From: Pseudomonadota bacterium
GTDB taxonomy: Bacteria > Pseudomonadota > Alphaproteobacteria > Rhizobiales > Xanthobacteraceae
Direction of reading: 5' to 3'
Length of the DNA: 33,783 bases
Assembly: GCA_046730495.1 (NCBI GenBank)
Contig: JBKPIZ010000028.1
Span: 1-33,783, forward strand
The notes under the pieces were generated by a model that was not told the origin of the DNA, ran no database searches, and saw only the letters and a program-made list of their open reading frames with translations. Each line of letters starts with the position of its first letter. Position 1 is the stretch's first letter. The translations under genes and the position numbers were made by a program. Below, in pieces: positions 16,846-23,453 of this stretch.

Positions 16846-18092
16846 GCAAAGGCAAATCTCTGGACGACGCCGTCTGGCTCGTGCGCGGTGAAGCGGCGCC
16901 GCTACTCGAACTTCTTGACAGCGAGGGCGAGGAAGCACGCATCGTCGGCGGCGCCGTCCGCAACGCCTTGCTGCGTCTCTCCGTTCATGAAATCGATATT
17001 GCGACCACGGCGCTACCGGATGAAGTCGTGCGGCGCGTCGAAGCGGCAGGCTGGAAGGCCGTTCCCACCGGCATCGAGCACGGCACCGTGACCGTCTCGA
17101 TCGCCGGCAAGCCTTTCGAAGTGACGACGCTGCGGCGCGACGTCGAGACCTACGGCCGTAAGGCCAAGGTTGTGTTCGGCCGGGACTGGGTCGCGGACGC
17201 CATGCGGCGCGATTTCACCATCAATGCGCTATCACTGTCGGCGGATGGTCAGGTACACGATTACGTCGGCGGTCTCGCCGACCTCGCCGCACGCCGGGTC
17301 CGCTTCATCGGCGATCCGAACCAGCGCATTGCCGAAGATTATCTACGCATCCTCCGCTTTTTCCGTTTTCACGCTTGGCACGCTGAGGGTGCACCCGATC
17401 CTGAGGGCTTGCACGCCTGCATCCGCGGGCGAGCCGGAATCGACTCGCTGTCGCGCGAGCGCATAAGAGCCGAATTGTTGAAACTGTTGCTCGCTCCGCA
17501 CGCCACGCCAACGCTGGCGCTGATGACCGAGACTGGCTTGCTCGGCAATGTGCTGGGCGGGGTTGCACTGCTGGCGAGTTTCGAAAACATGGTCAAGGTC
17601 GAAGCAGCAATCGGAGCGGAATCCGATCCGGTGCGGCGGCTCGGCGCGCTTGGCGTGTGGGTCGCCGAGGATGGCGAGCGCCTTGCGCAACGGTTGCGTC
17701 TGTCCAATGCGGATACCGAGAGATTGACCGCGCTCGAGGGATGGTGGCGCGTGTCACCCGAAAGTGGCGGCCCATCTGCCCGCGCACTGTTATACCGGCT
17801 GGGTTCCCAGCATTTCGCCGACCAGGTGCTGGTGGCTTGGTCGCGCTCCGCCGCGAGCGCTGCGGATTCCGCTTGGCGCGCGCTTGCCGAACTACCGCGG
17901 ACCTGGAACGCGCCGGAATTTCCGCTCAAGGCGGCGGATTTTATGGCTCGCGGTTTTGCCGCAGGGCCGGCTTTGGGAGCGGCGATGCGGGCGGCCGAAC
18001 AGGCCTGGATTGCAGCCGATTTCCCCGCCGATGCGGCGACGATCCAGGCCATTGCCGACCGTGCGGCGCGGGAGGCAATTCAGACGCGCTGA
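16842..18092 (+). CDS. cca: CCA-adding enzyme (tRNA nucleotidyltransferase / poly(A) polymerase family)
   Basis: 416 aa. The head-domain motifs GGAVRNALL and ...EIDIATTALPDEV... are present, then RRDFTINAL. GTG start. Confidence 0.85.
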   Translation: MSKGKSLDDAVWLVRGEAAPLLELLDSEGEEARIVGGAVRNALLRLSVHEIDIATTALPDEVVRRVEAAGWKAVPTGIEHGTVTVSIAGKPFEVTTLRRDVETYGRKAKVVFGRDWVADAMRRDFTINALSLSADGQVHDYVGGLADLAARRVRFIGDPNQRIAEDYLRILRFFRFHAWHAEGAPDPEGLHACIRGRAGIDSLSRERIRAELLKLLLAPHATPTLALMTETGLLGNVLGGVALLASFENMVKVEAAIGAESDPVRRLGALGVWVAEDGERLAQRLRLSNADTERLTALEGWWRVSPESGGPSARALLYRLGSQHFADQVLVAWSRSAASAADSAWRALAELPRTWNAPEFPLKAADFMARGFAAGPALGAAMRAAEQAWIAADFPADAATIQAIADRAAREAIQTR

Positions 18093-18101
18093 GTGAAGGC
18101 T

Positions 18102-19313
18102 TCAAGACGTTCGCGCGCGCAATGCCCGCAGGCGTTTTCGGCTAACCGCGGCGAGCTCCTGGATCCGCGGCCGCAGCGGCGCCGCCATTCGAATCGGTCG
18201 CATGCGCTCCACCTGCATCGCGTTGCCGCGCCAGATGAAATCATTGCCGCGCAGCGCGGCGACAAAGAGCGCCGGCAGCATCACATCGCGGATCAATCCA
18301 TAGAGCGGGTGTAGCGGCGAGACATGCCAGCCGCCTGCCGCCGCCAGCGTCATTTCGCTGCCATACCAGAACAGCGCGAACGCCAAAATGAAAAGTAATA
18401 CCGGCCAGCCTAAGGCGTAAGCTAAGATTGCACCGCAAATCATCGGCAGAACGCCGCCCGAGAGAATTTCCGGCAAGAAATAGATGAAAAAGCTGGCGCG
18501 CCGTAGCCGCGCCCAGCGCAACTGGCGATTCCAGACCTCGCTGGCACTGCGCCGGCCGAGCGGCTGCGCCAGTGGCCGGTCCACCAGACGCACCTTGAGT
18601 CCCGCGCAACGTACAATTTTGGTTGCTGCGGCGTCTTCGGCGACTTCCTTGCCGAGCGCTTCGATGCCGCCGCCCGCTTCGAGATCAGCGCGCCGCCACA
18701 GCATGGTCTTGCCCTGGGCAAAGCCTCTGCCAAAGCTATCGACGATATATTGCCAGCGCGCCTGATAGGTGTTGAGGAAGGCGCATTCGATCTCCGCCCA
18801 AAATCCGCCCGGCTGCGCGCCGATCGGCGGCGACGCGACAAGCCCGGTATCGGCACGCCAACTGGCGAACAGCCGCTGAATGTAATCGCGCGGCATCAGC
18901 ACATTACTGTCGGCGATAACAACCCAATCATGCGACGCGGCGCGCCAGCCCTTGACCACGTTATTGAGTTTGGGATTCGCGCTCACGCAGTCGTTGCCGA
19001 TCAGCACGCGCGCATCGACCGTGGGGTGGGCGACGATCAGATCTTTGATCAGCGGGAGAACGGGATCTCTCGCATCGGCGACGCAAAACAATATTTCATA
19101 GCGCGGGTGGTCGAGCTCAAATGTGGAAAGCAGCGTCTCCGCGGCGTAGTTGTCGATTCCACACAGCGGGCGAACCAAGCTGACCGGCGGGTAGTCGCCA
19201 GGATGAGGCGGCGCCTTCCGGCGCAACCTGACGACCGCGATCGCAATGCTGGTGATCTGAACCGCAACAAAGAGAGCGCATAAGATCGCAGCAGCGAGAA
19301 TCGGAATCGGCAT
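18102..19313 (-). CDS. GT21-family glycosyltransferase (ceramide glucosyltransferase-like; candidate processive diacylglycerol glycosyltransferase)
   Basis: 403 aa. N-terminal TM helix, NPKLNN motif, conserved Asp-containing blocks (VADARD, IADSN), the (Q/R)xxRW motif as NRQLRWARLRR, and C-terminal TM helices. Confidence 0.7.
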   Translation of the reverse strand: MPIPILAAAILCALFVAVQITSIAIAVVRLRRKAPPHPGDYPPVSLVRPLCGIDNYAAETLLSTFELDHPRYEILFCVADARDPVLPLIKDLIVAHPTVDARVLIGNDCVSANPKLNNVVKGWRAASHDWVVIADSNVLMPRDYIQRLFASWRADTGLVASPPIGAQPGGFWAEIECAFLNTYQARWQYIVDSFGRGFAQGKTMLWRRADLEAGGGIEALGKEVAEDAAATKIVRCAGLKVRLVDRPLAQPLGRRSASEVWNRQLRWARLRRASFFIYFLPEILSGGVLPMICGAILAYALGWPVLLFILAFALFWYGSEMTLAAAGGWHVSPLHPLYGLIRDVMLPALFVAALRGNDFIWRGNAMQVERMRPIRMAAPLRPRIQELAAVSRKRLRALRARTS

Positions 19314-19417
19314 CGCCGCGAGTGGTAGTCAGGCGCCATGACAAGCTTGTGACTCTCTGGCGCGTCGTTTTCGATCTTCGCAAGCCGCTCGACGCATAAA
19401 GGACGCGTTAACGATTG

Positions 19418-19435
19418 CTGTCATGCTGCTGCAAT
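19418..19435 (+). promoter_or_regulatory. Pho-box-like direct repeat, CTGTCAT-GCTG-CTGCAAT
   Basis: Read directly. It matches 12 of 14 positions of CTGTCAT-N4-CTGTCAT. A TATAAC hexamer at 19446-19451 lies 10 nt downstream. Confidence 0.5.
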
Positions 19436-20315
19436 GGAGCAACTCTATAACCCTGATTCGATCAAACTGCGCGCGAGAATTCGGTCGGTGACATCCGAGC
19501 ACGGTACAAAAAAATTCCGTACTCTGTTTATCTCGGATGTGCATCTCGGTGCGCGCGGCTGCCGGGCCGAACAGCTTCTCAATTTTTTACGTTACCACGA
19601 CGCCGAGACCATTTATCTGGTCGGCGATATCGTCGACGGCTGGCAATTACGCTCGGGCTGGTTCTGGCCGCAACATCACAATGACGTCGTGCAGAAACTC
19701 TTGCGCAAGGCGCGAAAGGGCTCGCGAGTCATTTATTTGCCCGGCAATCACGATGAGTTTCTGCGCGACTATTACGGGACCCATTTCGGCGGCATCGAAG
19801 TGGTAGAGACCGCAATCCATGAAGCAGGCGATGCGCGGCGCTATCTTGTGGTGCACGGCGACGTGTTCGACATGGTGGTCAAGCATGCGCGCTGGCTGGC
19901 GCTGCTCGGCGACACCGCTTATGACTTTGCGATCCTCATCAACCGCTACTTCAATGCCGTCCGGCGCCGCCTGGGTTTCCGCTACTGGTCGCTGTCGCAA
20001 TGGGCCAAACACAAGGTCAAGAACGCGGTGAACTATATTGGCGCATTCGAGCAGACATTGGCGGAAGAGGCGCGGCGGCATCGCGTCGATGGCGTGATCT
20101 GCGGCCATATTCACCACGCCGTCATTCACGAGAATTTCGGCATTCGCTACATGAATTGCGGTGACTGGGTCGAAAGCTGCACCGCGCTCGCCGAGCACGC
20201 CGACGGCCGTTTCGAAATCATCACCTGGTCGGATCACCCCGAGCTGCTGCCGCCGCCCGCGGAGGAAGACGAGCCGCTCTCGCTGTTCGATGAGCGCACC
20301 GGTATTGCCGCGTGA
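19434..20315 (+). CDS. plcP: LpxH-like metallophosphoesterase; candidate phospholipase C PlcP
   Basis: Motifs FISDVHLG, LVGDIVDGW, LPGNHDEF, VVHGD, CGHIHH and NCGDWVES. The real start may be GTG 19488, because the first ATG sits inside the Pho-box-like repeat. Confidence 0.6.
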   Translation: MEQLYNPDSIKLRARIRSVTSEHGTKKFRTLFISDVHLGARGCRAEQLLNFLRYHDAETIYLVGDIVDGWQLRSGWFWPQHHNDVVQKLLRKARKGSRVIYLPGNHDEFLRDYYGTHFGGIEVVETAIHEAGDARRYLVVHGDVFDMVVKHARWLALLGDTAYDFAILINRYFNAVRRRLGFRYWSLSQWAKHKVKNAVNYIGAFEQTLAEEARRHRVDGVICGHIHHAVIHENFGIRYMNCGDWVESCTALAEHADGRFEIITWSDHPELLPPPAEEDEPLSLFDERTGIAA

Positions 20316-20401
20316 GCCGGCCAACTCTGCGATCCGACTGAACGTAATTCAAGTTTCGCAACGCTCGCCGCTCGGCGTAGCGGGCGCGTATAATCCGCTA
20401 C

Positions 20402-21382
20402 ATGAATCTGACGGTACGGATCGAACGCTGGCCGCTGCAGCGCGCCTTCACCATCAGCCGCGGCAGCAAAACCGAAGCCGTTGTGGTGGTTGCCGAGCTC
20501 GAACACGGCGGCCATCGCGGCCGTGGCGAAGCGGTTCCTTATCTCCGCTATGGCGAAACGCCGGAAGGCGTGGCCGCGGCAATCGAGGCAATGCGCGTTG
20601 CGCTACGCGGCGGGCTCGACCGTACCGGGCTGCAAACCGCGATGCCGTCCGGGGCGGCGCGCAACGCGCTGGACTGTGCATTTTGGGATCTTGCGGCCAA
20701 ACAAGCCGGCCGCCCGGCGCACGAACTCGCGGCGTTGCCCGCGCCAAACTCGGTGGTGACGGCCTATACCGTCTCGCTCGACAAGCCTGCGGCTATGGCG
20801 GAGGCCGCGGCAAGCGCCGCGAGCCGCCCTCTGCTCAAAGTGAAACTTGGCGGCGGCGGTGACGATGCCGAGCGTATTGCCGCGGTGCGGCGCGCCGCGC
20901 CCAAGGCCGAACTTATTGTCGACGCCAATGAAGGGTGGAGCGAAGACGATCTCGAACGCAATCTCGCCGCCTGTGCGCAAGCCGGCGTGACGCTGATCGA
21001 GCAGCCGTTGCCGGAGGGCCGCGACGCCGCTCTCGCGCAGATCAGGCGGCCGATCCCGGTCTGCGCCGACGAGAGCGTCCACGATCGGGCTTCGCTCGAT
21101 GCGATCGGTGGCAAATACGATGCGATCAACGTTAAGCTCGACAAAGCCGGCGGCTTGACCGAGGCGCTGGCGCTTGCGGCGGAAGCCGAACGGCGTGGCT
21201 TCGACATTATGGTTGGATGCATGGTGGCGACTTCGCTAGCCATGGCTCCGGCCATGCTTGTGGCGCAGCGGGCTCGCCTGGTGGACTTGGACGGGCCGCT
21301 CCTTCTCGCCGAAGATCGTGCGCGCGGCCTGCGCTATGAGGGCAGCATCGTTTATCCCGCCGATGCGATCTTGTGGGGATGA
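20402..21382 (+). CDS. Enolase-superfamily dipeptide epimerase / N-acyl amino-acid racemase (L-Ala-D/L-Glu epimerase-like)
   Basis: 326 aa. Motifs: KVKLGG (KxK), VDANEGW, IEQPLP, CADES and KLDKAGG. Confidence 0.7.
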   Translation: MNLTVRIERWPLQRAFTISRGSKTEAVVVVAELEHGGHRGRGEAVPYLRYGETPEGVAAAIEAMRVALRGGLDRTGLQTAMPSGAARNALDCAFWDLAAKQAGRPAHELAALPAPNSVVTAYTVSLDKPAAMAEAAASAASRPLLKVKLGGGGDDAERIAAVRRAAPKAELIVDANEGWSEDDLERNLAACAQAGVTLIEQPLPEGRDAALAQIRRPIPVCADESVHDRASLDAIGGKYDAINVKLDKAGGLTEALALAAEAERRGFDIMVGCMVATSLAMAPAMLVAQRARLVDLDGPLLLAEDRARGLRYEGSIVYPADAILWG

Positions 21383-22016
21383 GCCGCCGCCCCCGGAAGC
21401 CGTGTACGATTGCTCGTAACTTCACGGTTCCAATGAGCGCGCGACTGTTCGGTTGAGCCAACCTGATTTATACTTGGTGAGTCGCTCAAAGGGGTGGGAC
21501 GTCCGGCGTGTTGCTTGCGGCGGCCGGACGAGATTCGACGGCCTAACGTTGCGAACGACGAGGCCGTGCGCACGGCGGTGACTTGCGACTGAACTAGCCG
21601 CCAGCCTTTAAGTGAAACTCGCCAAGCGGCAAGCGACTGTCTCGTGCTTGCTGTCGTTGCGCTGATCAAAGCCGTCGTTCGCAGACTAGGTCGAGCGTCG
21701 CATTCTTTAGGACAGCGACACGATCGGCGGCAACGCCGATCCGTGTGCCGCGTTGTGCGCGTTCAGTAAGCAAAAGCTCATCGTCTCGTCCGGTAGTTGC
21801 TGTGCTGCAGTGGAAACTTTAGCGGCGCTTTGCGTTGCGTCCGTGATGACTCGTTGAGTTCTCGATTGTCGCGTATCGGACACAACGCTGAATTTACTGC
21901 AGCGGCTCGAATGTTACTCAGCAAAACAGTGCAAGCGAGGTGTAGGCGATGTGCTGAGTTCTCCGGGTCTGCCGGGCCCTTATGTGGTCCGCAAATGCAA
22001 TCATCTGGAGGCCGTT

Positions 22017-22373
22017 ATGCACAGACTTACCGCTTTGGTTGCAGTGGCGTTGTGCATGTTTGTGTCGGCTGCCGGCGTCTCGGCGCGCGATGACGGCCGC
22101 TACGCCAATTCCCCCCTAAAGCCCTGGTTCGACCAGCTCGCCAGCAAAAAGGGCCTGTGCTGCTCGTTCGCCGACGGCGTCAAAGTCGAGAACGTCGATT
22201 GGGACAGCCAGGACGGACGTTACCGCGTTCGCCTCGACGGCCAGTGGATCGTGGTCCCGGATTCGGCGCTGATTACAGAGCCAAACCGTTTTGGCCCGGC
22301 GGTCGTTTGGCCCTATCGCGATGCTGATGGTACCACGCAGATCCGCTGCTTCATGCCGGGAGCGGGAGCTTAG
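22017..22373 (+). CDS. Small secreted protein of unknown function
   Basis: 118 aa from ATG 22017, with GGAGG 6 nt upstream. The signal peptide is MHRLTALVAVALCMFVSAAGVSA. The mature part contains a CC pair and a C-terminal Cys. The upstream extension in the ORF track has no support. Confidence 0.6.
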   Translation: MHRLTALVAVALCMFVSAAGVSARDDGRYANSPLKPWFDQLASKKGLCCSFADGVKVENVDWDSQDGRYRVRLDGQWIVVPDSALITEPNRFGPAVVWPYRDADGTTQIRCFMPGAGA

Positions 22374-22379
22374 GGTCTG

Positions 22380-23381
22380 TCAGGCGACGAGCCGGGAAAA
22401 TACCTCCGGATCGATATTGCCGCCGGATAGTACGGCAACGGCAACTTTGTTCCTGACATCAACCTTGCCGTGCATCACGGCCGCGAGCGCGACCGCTCCG
22501 CCCGGTTCGACCACCAACTTCAATTCAGCGAAGGCAAAAGCGACAGCTGCAGCGACCTCATTGTCGCTCACCGCCACGCCCGCGCCCACTAGCGACTGAT
22601 TGATCGCAAAAGTAAGTTTGCCTGGCATCCGCGCCATCAATGCGTCGCAAATCGTGCCGGTCAGGCTGGCGTTCTCCTCGCGCCGACCGCTGCGAAACGA
22701 GCGCGCGTGATCGTCGAAATCTTGCGGTTCGGCGGTGGAGAGCAGGGCAGACGGAACGCGCGACTTGATTGCGAGCGCGATCCCGGCAGTCAACCCTCCT
22801 CCGGAGGCGGTCACCACCACGATTTCGGGGACAAGGCCGATTGCGCGCAGATCGTCGACGATCTCGCGTCCGGCCGTGCCCTGGCCGGCGATGATCAATG
22901 CATCGTCATAGGGCGGCACCAGAACCGCGCCGCGGCGGGCGGCAATCTCGGCAGCAATGGTCTCGCGATCGTCGCGCAATCGATCGTAAAGCACGATTTC
23001 GGCGCCGAATGCGGCCGTACGTTCCCGTTTGGCACGCGGTGCATCCTGCGGCATAACGATTACGCAAGCCATCCCGAGCAGCTGTGCCGCGGCGGCGACG
23101 CCTTGCGCGTGATTGCCGGAGGAATAAGCCACCACGCCGCCGGCGCGCTGATCGGATGGAATCGCGGCGAGCTTGTTGTAGGCGCCGCGGAACTTGAAAG
23201 AGCCGGTGCGCTGCAAGGTCTCAGCTTTTAGGAAGATGCGGCCGCCGGTCATTGCGTCGAGCGCAGCCGAGGTCAAAAGCGGCGTATGCAGGGCGACGCC
23301 CGCCAACCGGCGGGCCGCCTCATCGACATCTGCGGCGGTTGGCAATGCGAGCGGGGCGTCCACGGCGCTCATCAGCGCCAA
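22380..23381 (-). CDS. PLP-dependent threonine/serine dehydratase family enzyme (catabolic type or 3-hydroxyaspartate ammonia-lyase-like; no ACT domain)
   Basis: 333 aa with the PLP-lysine motif TGSFKFRGA and the glycine loop ASGGGLTAG. Confidence 0.8.
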   Translation of the reverse strand: MALMSAVDAPLALPTAADVDEAARRLAGVALHTPLLTSAALDAMTGGRIFLKAETLQRTGSFKFRGAYNKLAAIPSDQRAGGVVAYSSGNHAQGVAAAAQLLGMACVIVMPQDAPRAKRERTAAFGAEIVLYDRLRDDRETIAAEIAARRGAVLVPPYDDALIIAGQGTAGREIVDDLRAIGLVPEIVVVTASGGGLTAGIALAIKSRVPSALLSTAEPQDFDDHARSFRSGRREENASLTGTICDALMARMPGKLTFAINQSLVGAGVAVSDNEVAAAVAFAFAELKLVVEPGGAVALAAVMHGKVDVRNKVAVAVLSGGNIDPEVFSRLVA

Positions 23382-23415
23382 CGGTAACGCTGCAATCGCA
23401 TCGCAAGCAAGGCCG

Positions 23416-23442
23416 TTCGGCGGCCCTTGGTTTGCCGCCGAA
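23416..23442 (-). terminator. Stem-loop 12 nt after the stop of the giant gene (9-bp perfect stem, 9-nt loop), weak U-tract
   Basis: TTCGGCGGC (23416-23424) pairs with GCCGCCGAA (23434-23442). On the minus strand it is followed by CGGCCUUGCUUGC, so the U-run is poor. Confidence 0.45.
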
Positions 23443-23453
23443 TTCTTGGGTGT

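Noticed and set aside
17369-18052. 227-aa minus-strand ORF inside cca
   Set aside because: It is an Ala/Ser/Arg-rich shadow frame. The plus-strand frame carries the nucleotidyltransferase motifs.
21521-21532. The 12-mer CGGCCGGACGAG is shared between 21521-21532 and 28848-28859; a GGCCTAACGT 10-mer is also shared between 21538-21547 and the 28741 repeat
   Set aside because: Rough expectation: in about 34 kb of GC-rich DNA on both strands, dozens of shared 12-mers and thousands of shared 10-mers arise by chance. The flanks do not align.
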